Source of the DNA: Dehalococcoidales bacterium
Lineage (GTDB): Bacteria; Chloroflexota; Dehalococcoidia; Dehalococcoidales; RBG-16-60-22
Direction: 5' to 3'
DNA: 64,000 bases
Assembly (NCBI GenBank): GCA_002688435.1
Contig: NZCW01000007.1
Location: forward strand, 9,269-73,268
The notes below the pieces were generated by a model. The model saw nothing but the letters and a program-made list of their open reading frames with translations, searched no databases and was not told the DNA's origin. Position numbers and translations under genes: made by a program. Position 1 is the stretch's first letter; every line of letters begins with the position of its first letter. Shown here in pieces: positions 29,633 to 38,948 of this stretch.

Positions 29633-30412
29633 TCAGGCCACCTCCCGCTTGGCTTCCTCCCACAGGGCACCTTGCTCGTCAAAGGTTAATTCCACGATAT
29701 TTACCCTACGCCTCCGACAGGCCTCTTCCATGTAGGAAAAACGGCGGAAAAACCGCTTATTGGCTTCCCGTAACGCCGCCTCCGAGTCTACGCCCAACTG
29801 GCGGGCCACATTCACCAGGGTAAAGAGCAAATCGCCAAACTCGTGCCTCCGCTGCTCACAGTTGTCCACTTGTTTTAGTTCTCTTACTTCCTCTACCAGT
29901 TTATCGATAACACCATCAACATTCTCCCAGTCAAAGCCAACCCTCGCCACCCGGCCCTGAATTTCCTGGCTGTAGCTCAATGCCGGCAGTTGCTTAGGCA
30001 CGTTGGCCAGTGTCGAGATCTCGCTACCCCTCTCCCTCTTCTTGAACACCTCCCAGTTCAGCAGTACCTCATCGGCGTCCTTCACTTGGAGCGAGCCGAA
30101 GACGTGGGGGTGGCGGCGGATGAGTTTCGTGTTTATTTCGCGGAGAACGTCTCCCAGTTCAAAATCGCCGGCTTCGGTAGCAATCCGGGCATGAAATACT
30201 ATCTGCAACAGCAGGTCGCCCAGCTCCTCGCAGAGCCGCCTTGACGCCCCTTCATCCAAGGCCTCCAGAACCTCGTAGCACTCTTCGAGCAGGTCGTCCC
30301 GCAGCGAGGCGTGGGTCTGCTCCCGGTCCCAAGGACAGCCGTCCGGGGCCCGTAGCCTAGCCAGCATATTGACCAGAGTCTCAAACTGGTCCAGCTTCTC
30401 CGGTAAAGACAA
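29633..30412 (-). CDS. mazG: Nucleoside triphosphate pyrophosphohydrolase MazG
   Basis: 259 aa. Tandem MazG domains (...CPWDREQTHASLRDDLLEECYEVLEA...). Confidence 0.9.
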   Translation of the reverse strand: MSLPEKLDQFETLVNMLARLRAPDGCPWDREQTHASLRDDLLEECYEVLEALDEGASRRLCEELGDLLLQIVFHARIATEAGDFELGDVLREINTKLIRRHPHVFGSLQVKDADEVLLNWEVFKKRERGSEISTLANVPKQLPALSYSQEIQGRVARVGFDWENVDGVIDKLVEEVRELKQVDNCEQRRHEFGDLLFTLVNVARQLGVDSEAALREANKRFFRRFSYMEEACRRRRVNIVELTFDEQGALWEEAKREVA

Positions 30413-30426
30413 AGTAACCTCCTTAA

Positions 30427-31401
30427 CTAATCGGGCAGCACCGCCCCGATAAACGGCTGCTGCCCTCTGACAAACTCGGTGGCGGACATCGCCCGCTTCC
30501 CCTCAAGTTGCACCCGGAGCACGCCCAGAATCCCGTCACCAGTATTCACACCGAAGGCTGCCCCCTCTTTTTTCAACGCCACCACCCGTCCTGCCTCCAA
30601 GGGCTTACCCCCCAGTAGCGGCACCGCTTCCCTAATCTCCAGCCGCCTTCCTTGCCACCTAGTGTAGCTTCCCGGCCAAGGCTGATAGGCGCGCACCTGC
30701 CGTCCGATAGCCATTGCCGGCCGCCGCCAGTAAATCTCCCCGTCCTTCTTGGTGAGGACCTGGCAGTAGGTCACCCCCGCCTCATTCTGAGGCTGGGGTT
30801 TAATTTCACCTCTTGTCCAGCCAATCACGACCTCTGGGAGCAGCCGGGCGGCCACCTGTAACAGTTTATCCGTCAGGGAACCGGTAGTGTCCTGCGGGGC
30901 AATTGTAACCGTCTTTCGGGCCAAAACTGGTCCGGTATCCAAGCCGCTATCCATCAGCATAATACTCACCCCGGTGGACTCGTCTCCCGCCAAAATGGCC
31001 GCCGCTACCGGTGCAGCGCCCCTGAACCTAGGCAGGAGCGAGGGATGAAGGTTAAGGCACCCGTGGCGCGGTATCTCTAGAACCGACGGCGGCAGAATTT
31101 GACCGAAGGCCGCCACCACGATAATATCAGGACGGAAACCAGCTAGCTGTGCCACCGCCGCCGCCTCTTTCAGATTAGCCGGCTGTACTACCGTTAAACC
31201 TCGGGCCAGTGCCGCTTTCTTCACCGGAGAAGGACTCAGGGAACGACCTCTTCCCGCCGGCCGATCCGGCTGGGTGTAAACGGCGATGACCTGGTAATGG
31301 TTCAGGCAGAGGTACTCCAGAGGCGGAACCGCAAACTCAGGGGTGCCCATGAAAAGAACGCGCAACTTTGGTCTCCCAATACCGGTACTAAATTCTAACA
31401 T
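30427..31401 (-). CDS. fmt: Methionyl-tRNA formyltransferase
   Basis: 324-aa ORF with LRVLFMGTPEFAVPPLE, HGCLNLHPSLLPRFRGAAP. The real start may be the TTG at 31365 (giving MRVLFMGT...), which has GGGAGA upstream. Confidence 0.92.
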   Translation of the reverse strand: MLEFSTGIGRPKLRVLFMGTPEFAVPPLEYLCLNHYQVIAVYTQPDRPAGRGRSLSPSPVKKAALARGLTVVQPANLKEAAAVAQLAGFRPDIIVVAAFGQILPPSVLEIPRHGCLNLHPSLLPRFRGAAPVAAAILAGDESTGVSIMLMDSGLDTGPVLARKTVTIAPQDTTGSLTDKLLQVAARLLPEVVIGWTRGEIKPQPQNEAGVTYCQVLTKKDGEIYWRRPAMAIGRQVRAYQPWPGSYTRWQGRRLEIREAVPLLGGKPLEAGRVVALKKEGAAFGVNTGDGILGVLRVQLEGKRAMSATEFVRGQQPFIGAVLPD

Positions 31402-31722
31402 TAAAATATTTTTGCCACAACCGCTGTTTTGAGGCTATCCCCGCAAAATTAAGCAAAAAAGAAAGCCCGATACACTTAGCAAGGGAAGAAGGGGACGAAA
31501 AATACCCAGCGATAACCGCCAAAACCCTTGCCAGCCAAAACCTCTAGTGGTATTCTCTAATCCATCAACTAGGAACGGAACCATTGGCCTCTTGTCCGGA
31601 AACCTCCCGCTGACAAGTTCCCGATGATAGGTAATAGGAGTATGTTTATACCTTGAGGGGGAGTCTTTGTCCCCAAGAAGGGATTTTAAGCGTCAAACCG
31701 GATCAAAGATACACGGAAAGGA

Positions 31723-33099
31723 TTGATGGGAACTAGACCAGCACAAGCAATCTGGAACGCCGCTTTAGGCGAGTTGCAGGTCCAAGTAAGCAAACCGAAC
31801 TACCGTACTTGGCTGGAAAAAACGACCGGCGTGAGCTATCAGGACGAACAGTTTGTCGTCAGCGCGCCGAATGTCTTTGTCGCCGAATATCTGAACCGGA
31901 ACCAGCGCTCACTGATTGAAAAAACGCTAATCGGCATCACCGCCTCCCCTAATATCAGGATAGTCTTCCAAGTAGACGGCAAGTATAAAAACTCGTCTGA
32001 GGCATACGCTACTGCCAGGAAACACTCTCCGGCTGCGCCCTTATCCTCCTCGGTATTCAAATCAAATTATATTTTCGATACGTTCATCGTTGGTAAAGGT
32101 AACCATTTTGCTTACGCCGCCGCCCAAGAGGTAGCCCTGAGCCCTCGGCAAAGCTATAACCCGCTGTTTATCTACGGGGGAGTGGGGCTGGGCAAGACCC
32201 ATCTCCTGCATGCCATCGGCCAAGCCGTCACCGCCCACCACACTAACGTGATTTGCCTCAGTGCCGAGCAGTTCACCAACGAGTTCGTGAATACCGTCCG
32301 GGAAAGAAATGTGGACGAATTCCGCCGTAAATACCGCAACGCCGACATGCTGCTTGTGGATGATATCCACTTCATCAGCGGCAAGGAGCAGACTGAGGAA
32401 TGCTTTTTCCATATCTTTAACGAGCTGCATCACGCCAACCGCCAAGTAGTACTGACCAGTGACCAGCCGCCGAAATCTATAACCTCACTCACTGAACGGC
32501 TGCGTTCCCGTTTCGAATGGGGACTACTGGTGGACATCCAGCTACCTGACTTCGAAACGCGCCTAGCTATACTGGAGGCCAAAGTCAAGCAGAGAGGTGT
32601 GGAAGCTACCTTGGAGATACTAGAATTTCTGGCCCGGCGTTCCCTACAAAACATCCGGGAACTGGAAGGTTCCCTAAACCGCGTCATCGCTTACGCCCGG
32701 TTATTCCAGACAGCGCCCACCATTGAGCTGGCGACCAGAGCACTGGAGAATATCTCCGACAAAGAACCCGAAAGCACCGCATCAATTACGTTGGGTCTGG
32801 TGACCAAGGCAGTTGCCGACAGTTTCCAGCTATCAGTGGAGGACCTAAAAAGCCGCCGGAGAGATAAAGAGACCGCTTTAGCCCGCCGGGTGGGGATGTA
32901 CATTCTCCGCCAAGAGACCAATTTCTCGGTAGCCCAGATTGGGCAGGAACTGGGGGGCCGGGACCCCTCGTCAGTCACCAACGCCTGCCAGAACATCACC
33001 GGTGATATTACAGCCAACCCTTATCTCCGACGCAAGATTCTGGATATTCAAAAAAGAATCAATTCTGTGCCAAATCCAAAGAGCCGCAGAGCCAAATAA
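31723..33099 (+). CDS. dnaA: Chromosomal replication initiator DnaA
   Basis: 458 aa, with TTG at 31723 or ATG at 31726. Walker A GGVGLGKTHLLHA, a box VII region, and a C-terminal DNA-binding domain. Confidence 0.97.
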   Translation: MMGTRPAQAIWNAALGELQVQVSKPNYRTWLEKTTGVSYQDEQFVVSAPNVFVAEYLNRNQRSLIEKTLIGITASPNIRIVFQVDGKYKNSSEAYATARKHSPAAPLSSSVFKSNYIFDTFIVGKGNHFAYAAAQEVALSPRQSYNPLFIYGGVGLGKTHLLHAIGQAVTAHHTNVICLSAEQFTNEFVNTVRERNVDEFRRKYRNADMLLVDDIHFISGKEQTEECFFHIFNELHHANRQVVLTSDQPPKSITSLTERLRSRFEWGLLVDIQLPDFETRLAILEAKVKQRGVEATLEILEFLARRSLQNIRELEGSLNRVIAYARLFQTAPTIELATRALENISDKEPESTASITLGLVTKAVADSFQLSVEDLKSRRRDKETALARRVGMYILRQETNFSVAQIGQELGGRDPSSVTNACQNITGDITANPYLRRKILDIQKRINSVPNPKSRRAK

Positions 33100-33169
33100 T
33101 CCTCAAAGCTTCTGTCGCCGGTTTTCTTTTCCCGCGCACCGAACCTTGGCATTCCATTGCAGTCCTAAC

Positions 33170-33416
33170 TCGAGAAAGATTTATATAATGTCTCTGTAAT
33201 TCACCTGTGAGAATTTTGTGAAAATTTTGCCTCCATTTTTATTTTCCCTAAACAGGGATATTGGCTAATGTAGCTTCATTAAGCGGTATATCCCCACTAT
33301 ATTATTATGATAATCATTACTAAGAATAAGAAGGTGATAAATTATTAGAATAGTATATAATTATACTGATTATATTTACTGATATTTGTAGAGGCGATAG
33401 GAATGAGGATAGTAGA
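33170..33416. other. AT-rich intergenic region downstream of dnaA; candidate oriC unwinding element
   Basis: About 250 bp, with 33280-33400 dominated by A/T (far below the window average by eye). It contains short tandem motifs (TACTGATTATATT/TACTGATATTTG). Only degenerate DnaA-box-like 9-mers were seen, e.g. ATATCCCCA. Confidence 0.5.
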
Positions 33417-34682
33417 GTGATTGATTGGGTAGGAATAGTGGTAAAAGCTGGTAAAGGTGGGGATGGTGCCATAAGCTTCCGCCGGGAAAAGTTTGTGCCT
33501 TACGGTGGGCCGGACGGTGGCGATGGGGGTGTGGGAGGTAGTATCGTGGTGAAGGCCGACTCGACAGTAACCGACCTGCGAAAATTCAGGACGAAAAGAA
33601 TGTATCGGTCAGGAAACGGCGAGGGCGGACGGGGTAAAAAGAAGCACGGTCGGAACGGGGAAGCTGTGGTTCTGTCGGTACCCGCTGGCACCGTGGTATC
33701 CCGGAAGTGCCCGGCAGGTGATGATGCTATCATCGCTGACCTAGACGAGCCGGGCCAGTCGGTAGTGGTGGCCCGGGGCGGAAAAGGAGGACTGGGTAAT
33801 ACTCACTTCAGCTCGTCGACTAATCAGGCGCCGCGGATAGCCCAGCACGGTGAGTCCGGAGAAGAGAGCTCGGTAGTACTGGAATTGAGGCTGATTGCGG
33901 ACGCTGGTATCATTGGCTATCCCAACGTAGGTAAGTCAACTTTACTGGCCGCGGCCTCGGCCGCTAGGCCGAAAATTGCCAGCTATCCTTTCACTACGCT
34001 GGAGCCGATGTTGGGCGCGGTGGAAGACGGCCGGCAAGGCTTTGTCTTGGCGGAGATACCGGGACTGGTAGAGGACGCTCACTTGGGCCGGGGCCTGGGT
34101 CACGGTTTTCTGCGCCATATTATGCGGACCAGATTGCTGGTCCACTTGGTCGATGGTAGCGCTGAGTCGCCGCTGGATAATATGGTGCGGGTGAACAACG
34201 AGCTCAGTTTGTTTGACTCGGCGCTGGCGCAGAAGCTGCAGCTGGTGGCGGTCAATAAGATTGATTTGCCTCAGGTGCGAGCCCGCCAGGCCGGGATAGG
34301 AGATACCTTTGGTAAAGCTGGCGTTAAGGTCCTCTTCGTATCGGCAGAGACTGGGGATGGGGTTGACCGGCTTATGGCGGCAGTGGCCGATATGCTGGTG
34401 GGGATTACTGTGGAGAAGGAGACCGGTGAGAGGATACCCCGAAAGATTTTTCGTCCTCAGCCTAGGGGCACCGGCGCTGGTGTGCACCGGGAGGGGGACA
34501 CCTTTATCGTTGAAGCTCCGGGCATGGGACGCTTGGTTGCTGAGGGAGGGACAGTCAGTCCCGAGGTGCGCTATCAGTTGAAGAGACGGCTTACCCGGCT
34601 GGGTATTGGCCGGACGCTGCAAAAGGCCGGGATAAAACCGGGCGATAAAGTACGCTGCGGGACTCTGGAGTGGGAGTGGTAA
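33417..34682 (+). CDS. obg: GTPase Obg/CgtA
   Basis: 421 aa, GTG start. VKAGKGGDGAISFRREKFVPYGGPDGGDGG, G1 motif GYPNVGKST, and a C-terminal OCT domain. Confidence 0.95.
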   Translation: MIDWVGIVVKAGKGGDGAISFRREKFVPYGGPDGGDGGVGGSIVVKADSTVTDLRKFRTKRMYRSGNGEGGRGKKKHGRNGEAVVLSVPAGTVVSRKCPAGDDAIIADLDEPGQSVVVARGGKGGLGNTHFSSSTNQAPRIAQHGESGEESSVVLELRLIADAGIIGYPNVGKSTLLAAASAARPKIASYPFTTLEPMLGAVEDGRQGFVLAEIPGLVEDAHLGRGLGHGFLRHIMRTRLLVHLVDGSAESPLDNMVRVNNELSLFDSALAQKLQLVAVNKIDLPQVRARQAGIGDTFGKAGVKVLFVSAETGDGVDRLMAAVADMLVGITVEKETGERIPRKIFRPQPRGTGAGVHREGDTFIVEAPGMGRLVAEGGTVSPEVRYQLKRRLTRLGIGRTLQKAGIKPGDKVRCGTLEWEW

Positions 34683-34686
34683 TGCC

Positions 34687-35289
34687 ATGAATATCGGCGT
34701 GCTGGGGGGTACTTTTGACCCCGTGCATATCGGCCACCTTATCGTGGCCGAGGAGGTGATGGTTAGGCTTGGCCTAGCGGTGGTTATTTTCGTACCCGCC
34801 GGCCAGCCGTGGCTGAAAGCGGACTGGTCGGTAACTTCGAGGGAGCACCGTCTCCAGATGCTGCACTTGGCCCTAGCCGATAAGCCCGATTTCCAAATAT
34901 CGACTCTAGAAATAGAGCGGGCCGGGCCTTCCTATACCGTGGACACCATGGTCGAGCTGCGGGAGAAGATGGGTAGTGATGACGATCTTTTTTTCGTTCT
35001 GGGACGGGATAATTTAAATCAGCTTCCTCAGTGGCAGGAACCTTTCCGGCTGATGGAAATGTGCTATCTGGTGGTGGTCAACCGGCCGGGCGTACCAAAG
35101 CCCAGACTGAAATCTCTGGAAAAGAAGCTCCCCGGCATATCACCGCGGGTGGTACTGCTGGACCGTCCGGAAATAGATATCAGCGCCTCGGCTATCCGGG
35201 AACGGGTGGTGCGAGGCTTATCCGTCCGCCATCTTGTCCCTGAGCTGGTGGATCGGTATATCAAAGAAAACGGGCTGTATATCACCTGA
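34687..35289 (+). CDS. nadD: Nicotinate-nucleotide adenylyltransferase
   Basis: 200 aa. GGTFDPVHIGHL and ISASAIRE motifs. Confidence 0.93.
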   Translation: MNIGVLGGTFDPVHIGHLIVAEEVMVRLGLAVVIFVPAGQPWLKADWSVTSREHRLQMLHLALADKPDFQISTLEIERAGPSYTVDTMVELREKMGSDDDLFFVLGRDNLNQLPQWQEPFRLMEMCYLVVVNRPGVPKPRLKSLEKKLPGISPRVVLLDRPEIDISASAIRERVVRGLSVRHLVPELVDRYIKENGLYIT

Positions 35290-35494
35290 GGAACGCTCCA
35301 GACCCACCCTCAGACCCCATCAGATGGCTGAAAAACAGGGTGATGGCCTGAATATGGGGAAATATACTATCTCGTCGGAGAAAGGCGGCTCTTTTGTAGC
35401 GCTGGGGACTTATTTCTCGTCCGGTCCGTTTTCTTTCTGGACAGTTCCCACGCGATGCTTTAGAATATATTTTACAGAAGGAGGATAAAATTTC

Positions 35495-36289
35495 ATGTTG
35501 ATTGTGGCGGAAAGGGTAAACTCGTCGCGTAAGGCAATAAGTGCGGCCATTACCGGTAAGGATGCTGATTTTATCCGCGCCGAGGCTAAAGCTCAGGCGG
35601 AAGCAGGCGCGGACTACATTGACGTCAATGCCGGCAGCTTCGTCGGGCAGGAACTTGAATACCTGTGCTGGCTGGTGGAGACCGTTCAGGAGGCGACCGA
35701 GGTGCCTCTCTGTGTTGATAGCCCCAGCGCTGAGGCCATTGCCGCCGCGCTGGAGCGGGCCAAAAGGCCGGTCATGATTAATTCCATCAGTCTGGAAGAG
35801 AGCCGTATGGCAGGTATGCTGCCGCTGGTGAAGAAATATAAAGGTAAGATTGTCGCCCTGTGCCAGAGTGATGCCGGTATCGCCTCCACCGAAGGTGATA
35901 AAGTCAAAGTGGCTGAGCAGCTGGTGACCCGGCTCACCGGAGAAGGTGTGGCCTTGGACGATATCTATATCGACCCCTTGGTCTATCCCATCGCCACCGA
36001 TACCGGGTCCGCCGTGGCTATGCTGGGCGCCCTCGGTAAAATTATGGAAAAGTTCCCCGGCGTGCACACCATCTGCGGCCTAACCAATGTTTCCTTCGGG
36101 ATGCCAGTCCGTAAGCTGATTAACCGAACCTATCTGGTGGCTGCCATGTCCCAGGGACTGGATTCGGTCATTATTGACCCGACCGACCGGGAATTGATGG
36201 CCGGCCTGCGGGCGGCCGAAGCGCTGTTGAACCGGGATAAGTTCTGCGCCGAATATATTAAAGCCTTTCGGGAAGGGAAGCTGGCCTAG
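35495..36289 (+). CDS. Methyltetrahydrofolate:corrinoid methyltransferase (pterin-binding, AcsE/MeTr-like)
   Basis: 264 aa. MLIVAERVNSSRK...ADYIDVNAG...INSIS...GLTNVSFG is the pterin-binding (DHPS-like) barrel, as in AcsE and the MetH pterin module. Confidence 0.85.
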   Translation: MLIVAERVNSSRKAISAAITGKDADFIRAEAKAQAEAGADYIDVNAGSFVGQELEYLCWLVETVQEATEVPLCVDSPSAEAIAAALERAKRPVMINSISLEESRMAGMLPLVKKYKGKIVALCQSDAGIASTEGDKVKVAEQLVTRLTGEGVALDDIYIDPLVYPIATDTGSAVAMLGALGKIMEKFPGVHTICGLTNVSFGMPVRKLINRTYLVAAMSQGLDSVIIDPTDRELMAGLRAAEALLNRDKFCAEYIKAFREGKLA

Positions 36290-38116
36290 ATGAAGGTAAG
36301 TATTCGGGTGCTCCCGGCGGGTCGGGATCTGAAAGTAAAGGTCGGGGCTAACCTCCGGGAGGCCTTGATTGCGTCCGGGATTGCCTTGGACTCGCCCTGC
36401 GCCGGGCAGGGCACCTGCTTAAAATGCCAGGTCAAGGTTGCCGGCGTCAACCAGAAACTGACGGCCCAAGAAGAGGAAAAGCTCACCGAAGAGGAACTGC
36501 GGGATGGCTGGCGTCTGGCCTGCCAGGTAACCGTGGAAGTCCCTGGTGCAGTCTCCCTGCCGAAAATAGAGGCCTTGCAGGCTAAGGTGGGCTTTGGCCT
36601 GCTGGGAGAGGAAATCCCGCTGCTGCCCAACGTCCGCCGGAGACAGTTTACCCTCGATAAACCGGCGTTAAGTGACCAGCGGGCGGACTGGGACTGCCTG
36701 GCCGATTACCTGGAGGGTTCCGAGCCTGGCTCGGTGACCGCCGGCTTATCGCTGCTGCAGGGCATTTCTGCTCGACTCCGGGAGCAGAATTTTAAAGGCG
36801 AAGCGGTCATGGTGGGGAATAACGTCGCCGCTCTTGACCCGCCCGGTTCGGCAGCTGGTGTCCTGGGGGTGGCTATGGATATCGGTACCACCACGCTGGC
36901 CGTAGGGCTGGTTGACTTGGACAGCGGGCAAGTGATTACCCTAGATGCGGAGCTGAATCCCCAGATAACCTTTGGCGCCGACGTTATATCGCGGATACTT
37001 TACATGCAGGAGAGCTCGGAAAAGAGGAGCCAGCTTCAGAAAGAGTTGGTCAAAGGGCTGAACCAGCTTCTGCTGCGGCTCTGCCGGAACGCCGGGCGGG
37101 CCAGGGAGCGTATCTTTGAGGCCACGGTGGTGGGTAATACCACCATGCTGCATTCACTACTCGGACTGGACGCGCGGCACATTGCCGTGGCCCCGTATGT
37201 GGGCGGATTGAACCGGGCGCTGTGCCTCCCGGCGGAAGAGCTGGGGCTGCAGATTCACCCGCGGGGAAGAGTCCATGTTCTGCCGTCTATTGCCAGCTTT
37301 GTCGGCGCCGATACCGTGGCCGTGATGCTGGCAACGAGGTTGTCCCGGGCGGATGCACCCCGGCTGGCAATTGACATCGGCACCAACGGCGAGGTCATGC
37401 TGGCCACACCGGACGGTGTTTTCACCGCCTCTACCGCCGCCGGCCCCGCGTTTGAGGGCGGGCGGATAAAATACGGTATGCGCGCCGCCCGCGGAGCGGT
37501 CAGTTCCTTTCAGGCCGTCCCGTCTCTGGACTACACGGTGATTGGCGGCACGGTGCCCCGGGGTATTTGCGGCTCCGGGCTGATTGACTTGGTAGCCGAA
37601 CTCTTCCGGGCGGGGGTGCTTGACTGCAAAGGACGGATGCTCCTGCCCTCGGAGGCCGGATCTTCTCTGGCGGCGGAGCTGACACCGCGGGTTCGCACCC
37701 GGGGAGAGAGCCGGGAATTCGTTATCTTTCAAGACGGAGCAGCGGAGGTTACCATTACCCAGCAGGATGTCCGGGAACTTCAGTTGGCTAAGGGGGCCAT
37801 GCGCGCCGGCATTGAGCTGCTGATGAAAGAGGCCGGTATCGGCGCCGGCGACCTCCGGGAGATCCTACTGTCGGGCGTGTTCGGTAACTACATCAACCGC
37901 GCGAAAGCGGTGGCACTGGGCCTGATTCCACCGATTCCCTTGGAGAGGATTCACTTCATTGGCGGCGGAGCGATGGACGGGGCTTTGCGCGCCCTGATAA
38001 ATCTGGAGGAAAGGACACGGGCCGACCAGATTTCTGTTCAGGTGCGCCACATCGAGCTTTCCGGGCGGCCGGATTTTGAGGAGACTTTCCTCCGCCACTT
38101 GGCGCTGGGAGAATAA
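36290..38116 (+). CDS. ATP-dependent reductive activator of corrinoid proteins (RACo-type: 2Fe-2S ferredoxin + ASKHA ATPase)
   Basis: 608 aa. N-terminal plant-type ferredoxin motif CAGQGTCLKCQV...C. ASKHA motifs DIGTTT and DIGTNGE. The start abuts the MeTr stop. Confidence 0.85.
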   Translation: MKVSIRVLPAGRDLKVKVGANLREALIASGIALDSPCAGQGTCLKCQVKVAGVNQKLTAQEEEKLTEEELRDGWRLACQVTVEVPGAVSLPKIEALQAKVGFGLLGEEIPLLPNVRRRQFTLDKPALSDQRADWDCLADYLEGSEPGSVTAGLSLLQGISARLREQNFKGEAVMVGNNVAALDPPGSAAGVLGVAMDIGTTTLAVGLVDLDSGQVITLDAELNPQITFGADVISRILYMQESSEKRSQLQKELVKGLNQLLLRLCRNAGRARERIFEATVVGNTTMLHSLLGLDARHIAVAPYVGGLNRALCLPAEELGLQIHPRGRVHVLPSIASFVGADTVAVMLATRLSRADAPRLAIDIGTNGEVMLATPDGVFTASTAAGPAFEGGRIKYGMRAARGAVSSFQAVPSLDYTVIGGTVPRGICGSGLIDLVAELFRAGVLDCKGRMLLPSEAGSSLAAELTPRVRTRGESREFVIFQDGAAEVTITQQDVRELQLAKGAMRAGIELLMKEAGIGAGDLREILLSGVFGNYINRAKAVALGLIPPIPLERIHFIGGGAMDGALRALINLEERTRADQISVQVRHIELSGRPDFEETFLRHLALGE

Positions 38117-38188
38117 GGCGCGGCGCAGCTTGCTGTCAGGTTGTCGGTAGACCGGCCACCGTGCTAGAATCTAAGTGAGGGAAAGAAT

Positions 38189-38878
38189 ATGAAAATGCTG
38201 GTAATCGCCTGCCGGGTGTTAAAAAATGAGCTATTGGCCGTTGATGCCCCCGGGGCGTGCTTTGAATTTCTGGAGCAGGGACTCCACCGCACGCCCAATA
38301 AAATGCCGCAGGCCATCCAGGAAATAATCCACCAGGCCGGTGATGATATAGACTATATCCTGCTTGGTTACGGCGCCTGTGGCAGCGGTATTCTGGGGGT
38401 GAAAGCGGGAAAACAGCCGGTAGTTATCCCTAGGGCTCATGACTGTATTAGTTTCTGGTTGGGCTCCGCTGAGGCCCACCGCAAGGAGCATGAGAAAGCG
38501 CCGGGCACCTATTACTTGAATAAGGGATGGATTGACGAGGCGAAATCTCCCCTGGGCTCGTTTGCTGAATATACCGAGCGCTATGGTCGGGAGACCGCCG
38601 AATGGGTCATCAGCGAGATGTTCAAGAATTATACCCGCGTGGCTCTGGTAGATACCGGGACCTATGACCCGGCGGTTTATCGTGAGCATGCCCGAGCGAA
38701 CGCCGCGTTCCTCAAGGTGGACTATGAAGAGATTAAAGGTTCTCTGTCTCTCTTTAAAAAAATGGTCGGCGGTAAGTGGTCCGAAGACGACTTCATTATC
38801 CTGCAGCCCGGGGAAGAGGTCACCCAGGAGATATTTCTGTCTTTAATCGGCGGTGGGAGCAATCTTCCCGCTCGGTGA
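38189..38878 (+). CDS. DUF1638 domain protein
   Basis: 229 aa. I recognise the pattern MKMLVIACRVL...YILLGYGACG...RAHDCISF as DUF1638, a family that recurs next to corrinoid methyltransferase genes. Confidence 0.7.
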   Translation: MKMLVIACRVLKNELLAVDAPGACFEFLEQGLHRTPNKMPQAIQEIIHQAGDDIDYILLGYGACGSGILGVKAGKQPVVIPRAHDCISFWLGSAEAHRKEHEKAPGTYYLNKGWIDEAKSPLGSFAEYTERYGRETAEWVISEMFKNYTRVALVDTGTYDPAVYREHARANAAFLKVDYEEIKGSLSLFKKMVGGKWSEDDFIILQPGEEVTQEIFLSLIGGGSNLPAR

Positions 38879-38948
38879 ATTTATTCGTGGCCCTGAATCA
38901 GGTAGTGCCCTCTCCCGCTACAGAGCCTTTAGCCGCCAGGTTTGAAAT

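Noticed and set aside
33942-36067. Long antisense ORFs opposite obg (248 aa) and the MeTr gene (261 aa). Similar ones lie opposite gatB (246 aa), clpC, gyrA and the RACo gene.
   Set aside because: These are typical GC-rich antisense open frames. Each overlaps a strongly conserved gene on the other strand and has a biased, non-protein-like composition (R/G/P/H-rich).
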